DNA of 64,000 nt from an uncultured Candidatus Binatia bacterium (GTDB lineage: Bacteria; Desulfobacterota; Binatia; UBA9968; JAJDTQ01): contig OZ244070.1 in NCBI GenBank assembly GCA_965215605.1, positions 3,776,001-3,840,000 of the forward strand. The letters run 5' to 3'. Below the pieces are notes generated by a model. That model did not search any database and had not been told where the DNA came from. It saw nothing but the letters and a program-made list of their open reading frames with translations. Of the stretch, positions 1 through 10,893 are shown piece after piece (the stretch's first letter is position 1; each line of letters begins with the position of its first letter). The translations under genes were made by a program, and so were the position numbers.

Positions 1-2
1 TC

Positions 3-206
3 TTCCTCGCCATCTGGCTTCTCGGGTTCATCACGGCATCGGCGGTGGCGACGCTCGCCTACCTCAAGCTGGGCGCCGGCGAGAAGTGGGGCATCAGCAT
101 CGCGCTGACCGCGGTGGCCTGGGGCTTCTTCTTCGGCCTGTTCGACTACGGGCTGCACCTGCCTTTCCCGCCCGGCGAACTGTTCGTCTGGCTCGGGATC
201 GCCTGA
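3..206 (+). CDS. 3' end of a tripartite tricarboxylate transporter TctB-family membrane protein (partial)
   Basis: Frame 3 reads FLAIWLLGFITASAVATLAYLKLGAGEKW...FFGLFDYGLHLPFPPG..*. It is hydrophobic with a TctB-like 'LLGF' and 'F..L.LP.P.G' ending. The 5' end lies outside the window. Confidence 0.7.
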   Translation, partial: FLAIWLLGFITASAVATLAYLKLGAGEKWGISIALTAVAWGFFFGLFDYGLHLPFPPGELFVWLGIA

Positions 207-234
207 CCACCGTCTCATTCAACGAGGTTCGAAC

Positions 235-1785
235 ATGGACGCATCCTGGGACCGGGAGACCGATGTTGTGGTGATGGGCTACGGGTATTCCGGCGGCATA
301 GCGGCCATCGTGGCGCACGATCTCGGCGCCCGTGTCATGCTGCTGGAGAAGATGGAACACCCCGGCGGCAACTCCATCCTCTCCGGCGGTTTCTTCAGGA
401 TCACCGACGACGTGGACAAGGCCTTCGCCTACCTCAAACGCATGTGCCTCAACACCGTGCCCGACCCGGTGATCCACACCTTCGCCCGGGAGCTTCACAC
501 CCTTTCCGGATTCATGAAGGAGCTCACCGACGAAACCGAAATCCAGGTGCAGGAACGGCACGGGACCGGCGGCACCTACCGTTTCGACGGCGGCCCTCCG
601 GGAGACGCCATCGGCCTTCTGGCGGTGAAGAGCGACGAGGCCCAGTGCTACCCCTGGCTCCAGGTCCACGGCACCGGCTGGATCGCCTTCAAGGTGGTGG
701 AAGACAACGTGAACAAGCGCGGCATCGACGTGTCCCTGTCCACGCCGGTGCGGGAGCTGATCTCGGACGAGCAGGGAAGGGTGATGGGAGTGGTGGCCGA
801 GAGCGACGGCAACTCCCTGCGGATACGGGCGCGGAAGGGCGTGGTCCTGGCCGCGGGAGGCTTCGAGCACAACGAGCATCTCCGGCTCCAGTACCTCCAG
901 GCGCAACCGTTCCATCCCATCTGCGCGCCGGGCAACACCGGTGACGGCCTGCTCATGGGGCAGAAGGCCGGAGCGGGCCTGTGGCACATGTGGCACGTCC
1001 ACGGCGGCTACGGCTTCAAGGCGCCGGAATATCCCATCGCCTTCCGCCACCGTATCCAGGGGCGCCACGGCGCCAACCACCTGCCCAAGCCGGGCGAGGA
1101 ATTCTCGCTCAAGAGCGGCGATGAGGGGCCGAAGATGATGCCCTGGATCGTGGTCGACAAGTTCGGCAAGCGCTACATGGACGAGTACCCGCCGGCGCCC
1201 CAGGACAGCCCCTGGCGCGACATGAGCCTCTACGACGTGCACGTCAAGGATTTCCCCCGGATTCCGTCGCACATGATCTTCGACGAGAACGGGCGCATCA
1301 CCGGACCCATGTTCACGCCCATCAGCGACCACCCCTCCCGCCGCTACGAGTGGAGCGTGGACAACTCCGCGGAGCTGGCCAAGGGCTGGATCAAGCAGGC
1401 CTCCACCATCGAGGGGCTCGCGCGGGTCATCGGCGTCCCGGAAGACAACCTGGCCGCCACCGTGGCGCGCTGGAACGAGATCTGCGACCGGAAAGAGGAC
1501 ACGGACTTCCGCCGCTTCGCCGGCAGCCTGTTCCCCATCTTCAAACCGCCGTTCTACGCGGTGGAGGTCTGGCCCGTCATCACCAACACCCAGGGGGCGT
1601 TGGCCCATGACCAGGACCAACGGGTGCTGGACGCCCACGACCAACCCATCCCGGGCCTCTACTGCGCCGGCGAGATGGGCGGCGTGTTCGGCCACCTCTA
1701 CCTGAACTCCGGCAACAACTCGGAGGCATTCATCACTGGCATGATCGCCGGGCGCCACATTGCGGGAGAACGGGCCGGCGGATGA
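235..1785 (+). CDS. FAD-dependent oxidoreductase, fumarate reductase/3-ketosteroid dehydrogenase/TcuA flavoprotein family
   Basis: DVVVMGYGYSG Rossmann motif, GGNSILSGG, VVLAAGGFE, NTGDG, and IPGLYCAGE. Confidence 0.85.
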   Translation: MDASWDRETDVVVMGYGYSGGIAAIVAHDLGARVMLLEKMEHPGGNSILSGGFFRITDDVDKAFAYLKRMCLNTVPDPVIHTFARELHTLSGFMKELTDETEIQVQERHGTGGTYRFDGGPPGDAIGLLAVKSDEAQCYPWLQVHGTGWIAFKVVEDNVNKRGIDVSLSTPVRELISDEQGRVMGVVAESDGNSLRIRARKGVVLAAGGFEHNEHLRLQYLQAQPFHPICAPGNTGDGLLMGQKAGAGLWHMWHVHGGYGFKAPEYPIAFRHRIQGRHGANHLPKPGEEFSLKSGDEGPKMMPWIVVDKFGKRYMDEYPPAPQDSPWRDMSLYDVHVKDFPRIPSHMIFDENGRITGPMFTPISDHPSRRYEWSVDNSAELAKGWIKQASTIEGLARVIGVPEDNLAATVARWNEICDRKEDTDFRRFAGSLFPIFKPPFYAVEVWPVITNTQGALAHDQDQRVLDAHDQPIPGLYCAGEMGGVFGHLYLNSGNNSEAFITGMIAGRHIAGERAGG

Positions 1786-2750
1786 GCGTGCTGGTCACCG
1801 GCGGCACCGGCTTCGTGGGGATCCACGTGACGGCCCAGTTGGCCGAGTCGGGGGAGTCCGTAGTGGCGTTTTCCGCGGAGGGTGAGCTGGATGACGCCGC
1901 GCGAGACCTCCTCGGGCCGGCCCGGGAGCGGGTGACCTGCGTCAAGGGCGACGTCCTGGACCTCCAATCCCTGCTCGCCGCCCTGGACCACCACGGCGCC
2001 GACCGAATCATCCACGGCGCCGCCGTCACCGCCATCGGCGACCTGGAACCGGATGCAGCGCGGCAGGCCGCCCTGGTGAACGTCGGCGGCACCGCCACGG
2101 TATTGGAAGCCGCGCGTCTGGCCGAGGTGAAACGATTCGTTCACCTGAGCTCGGCGAGCGTCTATGGCGCCGCCGATCCACGAGTTCCCCTTGACGAAGA
2201 ATCACCCATCGAGCCCAACGGCATCTACGGCATCACCAAACGTGCCGGGGAAGACATCGTACGCCGTTATATCGAGCTGTTCGGCATGGACGGGGTCATC
2301 CTGCGCCTTTCCGCCCCCTATGGTCCGCTGGAACGCCCCAACCGTTTACGGACCGTCATGTCGCCGGTGTTCCACTGGTGCCGGGCCGCGCTCAACGGCG
2401 ACGAAGTGGAGTTGGCGGACGATCTCGAGCGCGACCTCACCTACGTATCGGATACTGCCCGGTGCGTGGTGCTGGCGTTCCAGAGCCCGAAACTGCGCCA
2501 TGATGTCTACAACGCGAGCTGTGGTGAAAGTCTCCGCTTCTCTGATATCCTCGCGGTCCTCGCACGTGTCCGCCCGGGATTCCGGTTCCGGCTCAAGGGA
2601 GGGGGCGAGTTGTCACCGTTCTTCCGGGACAGCCTTCGCGGCCCCCTGTTCATGGAACGGGCGAGAACCGATCTGGGCTTTGTGCCGCGGTACGACATCG
2701 AGAGTGGATTGAGTCATTATCTGGACTGGCTGGCAACGCATCCCATCTAG
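1782..2750 (+). CDS. NAD-dependent epimerase/dehydratase (extended SDR)
   Basis: VLVTGGTGFVG, SSASVYG, and YxxxK (YGITK); overlaps the upstream stop. Confidence 0.85.
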   Translation: MSVLVTGGTGFVGIHVTAQLAESGESVVAFSAEGELDDAARDLLGPARERVTCVKGDVLDLQSLLAALDHHGADRIIHGAAVTAIGDLEPDAARQAALVNVGGTATVLEAARLAEVKRFVHLSSASVYGAADPRVPLDEESPIEPNGIYGITKRAGEDIVRRYIELFGMDGVILRLSAPYGPLERPNRLRTVMSPVFHWCRAALNGDEVELADDLERDLTYVSDTARCVVLAFQSPKLRHDVYNASCGESLRFSDILAVLARVRPGFRFRLKGGGELSPFFRDSLRGPLFMERARTDLGFVPRYDIESGLSHYLDWLATHPI

Positions 2751-2783
2751 TGTCCTGTCCGAATCACTTGCGGGAGTTGATGC

Positions 2784-3650
2784 ATGATCCCAAGGGCATT
2801 CGAATACTTCGATCCTTCGACGCTGGAAGAGGCCGTGGCGTTGCTCGAACAGCACGGTGACGACGCCAAGCTCATTGCCGGGGGCCAGAGTCTGCTGCCG
2901 ATGATGAAACTGAGGATGGTATCACCGGCGGTGGTGGTGGACCTCTGGCGCGTGCCGGACCTCGACTTCATCCAGCGGGACGACGGCGTCATCCGCATCG
3001 GCGCCATGACGACCCACTACGCCTTGCACAGCTCGGAGGTGATCCAAAGTACCTTGCCGGCCCTGGCGGACGCCGCCCGGGTGGTGGGAGACCCGCTGGT
3101 GCGCAATCTCGGCACCATCGGCGGCAGCGCCGCGCACGCGGCCCCCAACGCCGACTATCCCGCCGTGCTGGTGGCTCTCGGAGCCGAGCTCCAGGCGGTC
3201 GGCCCCGCCGGCAAGAGGAGCATCAGGGCTGCGGATTTCTTCACCGACACTTTCACAACTTGTCTGGGACCCGATGAAATCGTGACGGAAATCTCGATTC
3301 CGCTCCCCGGAAGCGCGGATCGGAGCGCCTACCTGAAGCTGAGCCGGCGTGGAACCGATTTCGCCATCGTCGGCGTTGCCGCGATGCTCGCCGAGGGCAA
3401 CGACGGCCACTGCGTCGACGCCAGCCTGGTGCTCAGCGGGGTAGCTGACGTTCCCGTGCGTGCCACGGAGGCCGAGGACATCCTCAAGGCCGGACCGCTG
3501 GATTCGGAGCGTATGCTTGAAGCCGGCGAGGCCGCCAAGCATAACCTCGACCCTCCGTCCGACGTCCAGGCAGACGCGCAGTATCGTGTCGACGTGGCCG
3601 CAGTTTATGTACGGCGCGCGGTGGCGGCGGCGTGGGAGCGAGAAGGTTAG
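2784..3650 (+). CDS. Xanthine/CO dehydrogenase family FAD-binding medium subunit (CoxM-like)
   Basis: MIPRAFEY, AGGQSLLPMMKLR, RNLGTIGGS, and AYLK motifs. Confidence 0.9.
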   Translation: MIPRAFEYFDPSTLEEAVALLEQHGDDAKLIAGGQSLLPMMKLRMVSPAVVVDLWRVPDLDFIQRDDGVIRIGAMTTHYALHSSEVIQSTLPALADAARVVGDPLVRNLGTIGGSAAHAAPNADYPAVLVALGAELQAVGPAGKRSIRAADFFTDTFTTCLGPDEIVTEISIPLPGSADRSAYLKLSRRGTDFAIVGVAAMLAEGNDGHCVDASLVLSGVADVPVRATEAEDILKAGPLDSERMLEAGEAAKHNLDPPSDVQADAQYRVDVAAVYVRRAVAAAWEREG

Positions 3651-3689
3651 TCCTCCGTCACCAGACACGACACCAGGAAACGAGGCATC

Positions 3690-4178
<489 letters not shown>

Positions 4179-4182
4179 AGCC

Positions 4183-6549
4183 ATGCCAATGATCGGTCAA
4201 AGCATCAAGCGGCGCGAGGACCTCAAGTACGTAACCGGCTCGGGCACGTACGTGGACGACATCACCCTGCCGGGCATGCTCCACGCCGTTTTCGTGCGCA
4301 GTCCCCACGCCCACGCCCGGTTGCTGGGCGTGGACACCAGCAAGGCGCTGGAGCACCCCAAGGGAGTCGACGCCGTCACCGGCGCGGAAGCCTACCCGCT
4401 GGCGGGCCCCATGCCCGTTTACAGCTACCGCCAGGCCACCGCCGTCAAGAAGCCGGACTACCGCTGTCTGGCCCACGACCGGGTGCGCTTCGTGGGCGAG
4501 CCGGTGGCGCTGGTGGCGGCCGCGGACCGGTACGCCGCGGACGACGTGGCCGAGCTGGTGGAGGTCCGGTACGAGCCCCTGGAGCCCCTGATGGACCCGG
4601 ACGAGTCCCTCAAGCCGGGGGCGCCAAAGCTGCACGACAACCTGGACAACAACGTGGGACTTCGCATCGAACGCCAGGGAGGGGACATGGAGGCCGCCTA
4701 CCGGGAGGCCGACTTCGTCTTCAAGCGGCGCTACCGCATGCACCGCCACACCGGCACGCCCATCGAGACCCGGGGCTGCATCGCCCAGTACAACACCGGC
4801 ACGAAGGAGTTGACCCTCCACTGCTCGACCCAGATACCGCACATCCTCAAGACCCACCTGTCGGAGATCCTGGACTTCCCCGAGTTCAAGATCCGGGTCA
4901 TCGCGCCGGACGTGGGCGGGGGCTTCGGCAACAAGCTGCAGGTGCCGCCGGAGGTGGTGGCGCTGTGCCTGATGGCCATCAAGACGCGCCGGCCGGTGAA
5001 GTGGATCGAGACCCGCCGGGAGAGCCTGATGGCGTTCCTGCACGCCCGGGAGCAGACCCACGACGTGGAGATACCGGTGAAGCGGGACGGCACCATCCTG
5101 GGCATCAAGTCCCACGAGATCGTCAACGCCGGCGGCTATCTCGACGCCCGCATCAGCGGCCCGTCGCTGGGCGCCGGCATGTGGCTGCCCGGACCCTACA
5201 TGGTGAAGGGGTACCAGGTGGACATCGACGCGGTGATGACCAACAAGTGCCCGTACGGCGCCTACCGGGGGTTCGGCAGCCAGATGGGCGCGCTGGTCAT
5301 CGAGCGCTCGGTGGACCTCATCGCCAGGCAACTCGGCCGCGACCCGGTGGACCTGCGCCGGCAGAACGTCATCAAGGAGACGCCCTACAAGTGCGTCACC
5401 GGGCACGAGTTCGACAGCGGCGACTACGTGGCCGGACTCGACAAGGCCCTGGAGATGGTGGACTACCCGGTGCTCCGGGAAGAGCAGGCGCGGCTCCGCA
5501 AGGAAGGCCGCTACATGGGCATCGGCGTGGCCATGGCGGTGGAGGGCGCGGGCTGGAACACCTACACCGCGGCCATGGCCCAGCACTACGTACCCACGCT
5601 GGACTACGCCACCGTCACCATGCGCATGGACACCTCCGGCAACGTCAAGGTGCTCATCGGCGACGTCGCCTGCGGCACCAGCCACGCCACCACCGCGGCG
5701 CAGGTGGCGGCCGACGCCACCGGGCTGCCCATCGAAACCATCGAAGTGGTGGAAGGGGACACCGCGGTGACGCCCTACGACTCGGGCACCCGCGCCGCGC
5801 GGTTCAGCGCGGTGGTGCTGCCCGCGGTGGCGGAATCGGGCATGGCGCTCAAGAAGAAGGTGTGCCGCGTCGGCGCCCACCTGCTGGAAGGGGCCGAGGA
5901 TGACATGGATATCGTCGAGGGGCAGGTGCAGGTGCGGGGCGTGCCGGGCAAGAGCCTGCCGGTGAGCCGGGTGGCGCGGGTGGCCTACTCGGAGGTGGCG
6001 ACCCTGCCCCGGGAGATTCCCGCGGGGCTCGAGGCCACCGAATCGTTCAAGGCGCCGGTGAGCGGCCTCTGCATCACCTGGCCCTACTCCATTCACATCC
6101 CGGTGGTGGAGGTGGACATCGAAACCGGCACCGTGAAGTTCCTGCGCTACGCCATCGTCCATGACTGCGGGGTGGAGGTCAACCCCATGGTGGTGGAAGG
6201 GCAGGTGGTGGGGGGCACCGCCCAGGGCGTGGGCGGCGCGCTGCTGGAAGAGCTGGTCTACGACGAGGACGGCCAACTCCTCACCACCAGCTTCATGGAC
6301 TACCTCATCCCCACCGCCACGGACATGCCGTCCTTCGAGGTGTGCCACCTGCAGACCCCGGCGCCGCAGATTCCCGGCGGCTACAAGGGAATGGGGGAGG
6401 GCGGCTGCGTGTACGTCTACGCCGCGGTGGTGAACGCCGTGGCCGACGCCATCGAGCCACTGGGGGTGGAGATCACCTCCACCCCGCTGTCGCCCAGCCG
6501 GATCCTGAAGCTGTTGCGGGAAGCCGGGAGCAACGGAGGAAATGCCTGA
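4183..6549 (+). CDS. Xanthine dehydrogenase family molybdopterin-binding large subunit (CoxL-like, not form I CODH)
   Basis: VGGGFGNK, AYRGFG active-site loop, GQVVGGTAQG, and KGMGE. Confidence 0.9.
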   Translation: MPMIGQSIKRREDLKYVTGSGTYVDDITLPGMLHAVFVRSPHAHARLLGVDTSKALEHPKGVDAVTGAEAYPLAGPMPVYSYRQATAVKKPDYRCLAHDRVRFVGEPVALVAAADRYAADDVAELVEVRYEPLEPLMDPDESLKPGAPKLHDNLDNNVGLRIERQGGDMEAAYREADFVFKRRYRMHRHTGTPIETRGCIAQYNTGTKELTLHCSTQIPHILKTHLSEILDFPEFKIRVIAPDVGGGFGNKLQVPPEVVALCLMAIKTRRPVKWIETRRESLMAFLHAREQTHDVEIPVKRDGTILGIKSHEIVNAGGYLDARISGPSLGAGMWLPGPYMVKGYQVDIDAVMTNKCPYGAYRGFGSQMGALVIERSVDLIARQLGRDPVDLRRQNVIKETPYKCVTGHEFDSGDYVAGLDKALEMVDYPVLREEQARLRKEGRYMGIGVAMAVEGAGWNTYTAAMAQHYVPTLDYATVTMRMDTSGNVKVLIGDVACGTSHATTAAQVAADATGLPIETIEVVEGDTAVTPYDSGTRAARFSAVVLPAVAESGMALKKKVCRVGAHLLEGAEDDMDIVEGQVQVRGVPGKSLPVSRVARVAYSEVATLPREIPAGLEATESFKAPVSGLCITWPYSIHIPVVEVDIETGTVKFLRYAIVHDCGVEVNPMVVEGQVVGGTAQGVGGALLEELVYDEDGQLLTTSFMDYLIPTATDMPSFEVCHLQTPAPQIPGGYKGMGEGGCVYVYAAVVNAVADAIEPLGVEITSTPLSPSRILKLLREAGSNGGNA

Positions 6550-7820
6550 TGCGTATCCGAGAGCTTGTGGAGGCCTGCCGCCAGCACGACGACCTGTGCA
6601 CGGTCGGCGAGGCCATCGACCGGGAGTCCATGCCCGGGCGGATCCAGGACGAGGAAAAGAACGGCAACCGCGCCATCCTGTTCGAGCGCGTCAACGGCTA
6701 TGACGTGCCCGTGCTGGCCAACCTCTACGGCAGCATGGAGCGTTACGCCCTGGGCATGGGGGTGGAGGTCTCGAAGATGTGGGAGCACATCGACCACGCG
6801 GTGACGCATCCCGAGCCGGTGCGGACCACGGACGACGCCCCCTGCTTCGAGGTGGTCCACGACGACCCGGACATCACCCGACTCCTGCCGCTGGCGCAGT
6901 ACTCCGAGCGGGACGCCGGACCCTACATCACCTCCGGGGTGGTTTTCATGAAGGACCCGGAGACCGGGCGGGTCAACATCTCGTTCATCCGCCACATGGT
7001 AAAGGGCCCCCGGAAGCTGGGGTTCAACCCCAAGTCGGTGCACAACCGGCTCTACTACAACAGGATCGCCCGCAAGGGCCGGCGCATGGAAGTGGCCATC
7101 ACCCTTGGGCCGCCGTCGGAGATGCTGGCGGCGGCCGCCGGCTACATTCCCGAGGGGGTGGACGAGGTCCAGGTGGCCACGGCTCTGGCGGCGCCCGAGC
7201 ACCGCGGCGAGTTGGCCATGGCGCAGTGCGGCGCCGTGGACATCCAGGTGCCCGCGGGGTGCGAGTTCGTCATCGAGGGGGTGGTCTCCACCGAACTGGA
7301 TACCGAAGGCCCTTTCGGCGACTGGACGGGCTGCTACGCCCGGCCGCAGCAGAAACCCACCCTGGACATCCTGCGGGTGTCGCACCGCAAGGACCCGGTG
7401 TACCAGACCATCCTGCCGGTGGACTCCAGGGAGCAGATCCTGCTCACCATCGTACGGTTCCTGCCGGAGCTGGAAGCGATCCAGCGCAAGTATCCCGAGA
7501 TCAAGCGCTACACGGTGCCCGACTACGCCCTGGGCCGGCTGGTGGTGGCCGCGGTGGGACCCACGGAGCGGGCGCCCGCTATCATGGACGACTACCTCGG
7601 CATCCAGTGCATCAACCGCGCCATCCTGGTGAACGAGGACGTGAACATCGACGACCCCGCGGACGTGCTCTGGGCCGTGAGCAACCGGATACTGGAACCG
7701 GAGAAGGTGGTGGACCGAGGCTGCGACGACGAGTGGTGGAACAACCTGAAGCTGGGGATCGACACCATGGTGGACATCGACGACATCCGCCACGTCCGGC
7801 CCAGGATCATCCACCGTTGA
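6549..7820 (+). CDS. UbiD-family (prFMN-dependent) decarboxylase
   Basis: ATG overlaps the coxL stop (TGATG). Motifs: DAGPYITSG, EFVIEG, EGPFGDWTGCY, VNEDVNIDD, and KLGID. Confidence 0.85.
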   Translation: MRIRELVEACRQHDDLCTVGEAIDRESMPGRIQDEEKNGNRAILFERVNGYDVPVLANLYGSMERYALGMGVEVSKMWEHIDHAVTHPEPVRTTDDAPCFEVVHDDPDITRLLPLAQYSERDAGPYITSGVVFMKDPETGRVNISFIRHMVKGPRKLGFNPKSVHNRLYYNRIARKGRRMEVAITLGPPSEMLAAAAGYIPEGVDEVQVATALAAPEHRGELAMAQCGAVDIQVPAGCEFVIEGVVSTELDTEGPFGDWTGCYARPQQKPTLDILRVSHRKDPVYQTILPVDSREQILLTIVRFLPELEAIQRKYPEIKRYTVPDYALGRLVVAAVGPTERAPAIMDDYLGIQCINRAILVNEDVNIDDPADVLWAVSNRILEPEKVVDRGCDDEWWNNLKLGIDTMVDIDDIRHVRPRIIHR

Positions 7821-7839
7821 GCGCGGGAAGGAGCCAACC

Positions 7840-8511
7840 ATGCCGAAGCTCATCGACCTGAGCCTGCCCCTGACCGCCAACGTCACCGTGGTGCCGGGCC
7901 ATCCGACCCTGTCGTTCCACCCGATCCACACCCACGAGACCCACGGCCGCTCCAACACCGAGATGCACGCGAGCATCCACACCGGCACCCACTGCGACCC
8001 GCCGTATCATTTCGTTCCCGGCGGCAAGACCATCGACCAGATGCCGCTGGAGCGCTTCATGGGGCCGGCGGTGAAGATCGACCTGCGCCGCAAGGTGAAA
8101 CCCAGGACCGGCATCACTATCGACGACGTCCGCACCTCACCGGGTTTTCGGGAACGGGACCTCAAGGGAAGGATCGTGGTGTTCCACACCGGCTGGAACC
8201 GCAAGATGTTCGGCAATCCCAACTACTACTTCGACAACCCCTTCATCACCACCGAGCTGGCGCGCTGGCTGGTCTCGAAGCGCATCAAGGCGCTGGCGCT
8301 GGACTCGCCGCAGGACCAGGCGCAGGGGACGGGGGAGCCGAAGCACGGGGATTTTCCCGTGCACCGGACCTTTCTGGGCAAGGGCATCCCGTTCATCGAG
8401 CACCTGGCCAACCTGCACAAGGTCCCCAAGCGGACCTTCACGATGATCGCATTCCCGATCAAGATCGAGGGCGGGGACGGGGCGCCGTGCCGCGCCGTCG
8501 CCGTGGTTTAG
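7840..8511 (+). CDS. Cyclase family / kynurenine formamidase-like metal hydrolase
   Basis: HTGTHCDPPYH, FHTGW, PVHRTFL, IEHLANL, and DGAPCRAVA. Confidence 0.9.
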   Translation: MPKLIDLSLPLTANVTVVPGHPTLSFHPIHTHETHGRSNTEMHASIHTGTHCDPPYHFVPGGKTIDQMPLERFMGPAVKIDLRRKVKPRTGITIDDVRTSPGFRERDLKGRIVVFHTGWNRKMFGNPNYYFDNPFITTELARWLVSKRIKALALDSPQDQAQGTGEPKHGDFPVHRTFLGKGIPFIEHLANLHKVPKRTFTMIAFPIKIEGGDGAPCRAVAVV

Positions 8512-8525
8512 AACCCGGATGCAGA

Positions 8526-8557
8526 ACGCCCCTTTCCGCTTCGGCGAAAAGGGGCGT
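8526..8557. terminator. Hairpin between convergent genes, probably a bidirectional intrinsic terminator
   Basis: ACGCCCCTTTCCGC-TTCG-GCGAAAAGGGGCGT stem with a UUCG tetraloop. Confidence 0.65.
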
Positions 8558-8592
8558 GTCACGGCGTCAGCCGCAAGCGGGTGCGTGGACCC

Positions 8593-9630
8593 TCACTTGG
8601 GCAGCATCCACTTGAGGCGCTCCTTGGTCTCCGGAGACATGGACAGGATCGTCTCCGTGTGCTTCTCGGCCTCCTCGCCAGACACGTACACGATGTTCAG
8701 CTTGGACTTCTTGGCGTCGGCCAGGAAGGCCGGATCCTTGAGGGTCGCGGCATAGGCCTTGCGCCAGGCCGCCAGCCGGTCCCTGGGGGTGCCCGGCGGC
8801 AGCGTCACCGGCCTCTGGAAGTTGTACTGCACCGCCCAGGCATTGAGCATTTCCACGTTCTCCTTGCCCTTGACGAGGTCCGTCACCCGCGGCAGGTCCT
8901 TCACTTCCTTGTCCGGCGGACTGCCGTGGACCAGGATGGGGATCAGCTTGTCGTCGCCCTTGGCGTCGAGCATGGATCGCGCCGTCACCCGCATGGACTC
9001 GAACGCCATGCAGACCCCGCCCAGCTCCCTCGCCTGCAAGGCCAGTCTCACGATCGCCGTACCCTTGTAACCGGGAACGACTTCGAAGATCTCTTTCCCG
9101 GAAGCGATGTTGAGGATCGTGGGCAGGGTGGTGCCGGTGCCGCCGGACGACCCGACCTTGAGGGGCTTCCCTGACTTGACCAGATCTTCCCAGCTCTTGA
9201 TGCCGGTGAATCCCATCACCGCGCAGCTCGGCCACCCGGTCACGGGCGCGCCCACCCAGCCGAGCTTCCGTGCCTTGAAGTTGACCCGCCGGCTGCCCAG
9301 CGCCTCGTGCAGCAGGAACACGTTGTTCCAGACGCCCACGGTCAGCCCGTCGGGCTTCACCTTGTTGTAGAGGTAGTTGGCGACGATGAGGCCGCCGGCG
9401 CCGGTCAGGTTCTGCACCACCGGGGTCGGGTTCCCGGGGAAGTGCTTGCTGATGTGACGCGCGGCGGCGCGGGTGTAGGTGTCGTAGCCGCCGCCGGGCG
9501 AGGCCCCCACGATGAACCGGATGGTCTTGCCCTTGAAGAAATCCTCGACGCTCCAGGCGGAGCCCGAGAGCCCGAGGACGACCGCCGGGACGACACCCAG
9601 GCCAACAATGCGGGAAAGTGCTCGTTTCAT
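8593..9630 (-). CDS. Tripartite tricarboxylate transporter substrate-binding protein (TctC/Bug)
   Basis: Signal peptide, then FFKGKTIRFIVGASPGGGYD, VQNLTGAGG, KPDGLT, and GYKG. Confidence 0.9.
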   Translation of the reverse strand: MKRALSRIVGLGVVPAVVLGLSGSAWSVEDFFKGKTIRFIVGASPGGGYDTYTRAAARHISKHFPGNPTPVVQNLTGAGGLIVANYLYNKVKPDGLTVGVWNNVFLLHEALGSRRVNFKARKLGWVGAPVTGWPSCAVMGFTGIKSWEDLVKSGKPLKVGSSGGTGTTLPTILNIASGKEIFEVVPGYKGTAIVRLALQARELGGVCMAFESMRVTARSMLDAKGDDKLIPILVHGSPPDKEVKDLPRVTDLVKGKENVEMLNAWAVQYNFQRPVTLPPGTPRDRLAAWRKAYAATLKDPAFLADAKKSKLNIVYVSGEEAEKHTETILSMSPETKERLKWMLPK

Positions 9631-9655
9631 GTGGTCGTCTCCCTTCGTCCACCCT

Positions 9656-10693
9656 TCACTTGGGCAGCATCCACTTGAGCCGTTCCTTGGTCTCCGCGGA
9701 CATGTTCAGGATGGTCTCCACGTACTCGTCGATCTGTTCTCCGGACACGTGCACGATGTTCAGCCGCGACTTCTTGGTGTCGGCGAGAAAGGCCGGGTCG
9801 TTGAGGGTTGCGGTGTAGGCTTTTCGCCAGGCGGCCACGCGCTCCCTGGGGGTTCCCGGAGGGAGGGTCAGAGGGCGCTGGAAGTTGTATTGCAGCCCCC
9901 AGGCGTTGAGCATGGCCACGTTGTCCTTGCCCTTGACGATGTCACGCACCCGCGGAATGTTCTGGACTTCCTTGTCCGGCGGATCGCCGTAGACCACGAT
10001 CGGGATCAGCTTGTCGCCGCCCTTGGCGTCCAGCATCGACCGGGCGGTGACCCGCATGGACTCGAATGACATGCAAAGCCCGCCCAGCTCCCGCGCCTGC
10101 AAGGCCAGCCGCACCGGCGCCGTACCCCTGTATCCGGGAATGATCTCGAAGAGCTGCCTGCCGGTGGTCGTATTGAGAATCGTCGGCAGGGTGGTGCCTG
10201 TGCCGCCCGCGGATCCCATCTTGATGGGTTTGCCGGACTTCAGCACATCGTCCCAGGTCTTGAGGCCGGTGAACCCCATGACCGCGCAACTCGGCCATCC
10301 GGTGACGGGTGCGCCGACCCAGCCGAAGTTCCGCGCCTTGAAGTGGACCCGCCGGCTGCCCAGGGCCTCGTGCACGACGAAGATGTTGTTCCAGACCCCC
10401 ACGGTCAGGCCGTCCGGTTTCGTCTTGTTGTAGATGTAGTTGCCGGCGATGAGACCGCCCGCACCGGTCAGGTTCTGTACGACGGATGTCGGGTTCCCGG
10501 GGAAATGTTTGCCGATGTGGCGTGCGGTAGCCCTCGTATAGCCATCGTAGCCGCCGCCGGGCGCATGGCCCACGATGAACCGGATGGTCTTGCCCTTGTA
10601 GAAATCCGCCACGCTCCACGCGGTCCCCGACAGCCCGAGGACGAGGGCCAGGGTCACGCCAACCTTGATCGCGGCCGCAAATGCACGTGTCAT
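9656..10693 (-). CDS. Tripartite tricarboxylate transporter substrate-binding protein (TctC/Bug), tandem paralogue
   Basis: Same motifs as the neighbour and an identical C-terminus (ETKERLKWMLPK). Start MTRAFAA follows an AAGGGAG RBS. Confidence 0.9.
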   Translation of the reverse strand: MTRAFAAAIKVGVTLALVLGLSGTAWSVADFYKGKTIRFIVGHAPGGGYDGYTRATARHIGKHFPGNPTSVVQNLTGAGGLIAGNYIYNKTKPDGLTVGVWNNIFVVHEALGSRRVHFKARNFGWVGAPVTGWPSCAVMGFTGLKTWDDVLKSGKPIKMGSAGGTGTTLPTILNTTTGRQLFEIIPGYRGTAPVRLALQARELGGLCMSFESMRVTARSMLDAKGGDKLIPIVVYGDPPDKEVQNIPRVRDIVKGKDNVAMLNAWGLQYNFQRPLTLPPGTPRERVAAWRKAYTATLNDPAFLADTKKSRLNIVHVSGEQIDEYVETILNMSAETKERLKWMLPK

Positions 10694-10893
10694 GAGAACT
10701 CCCTTCTTGGTGAGAAACGCTGTCCTTAAGGCCACACACCATGCAAAAGACCATGGAGATTGTCAAGAACAAGGACATCCCAAGAACGGCGGGGACGGAG
10801 GCCATTCGGCTGTTGCCTATTCGATCCCCTTGTTGTAGGTGCTTACGCAGCCGCGCGTTCCAACGGACCCATACAAGTGGAAGGGCACGAACC

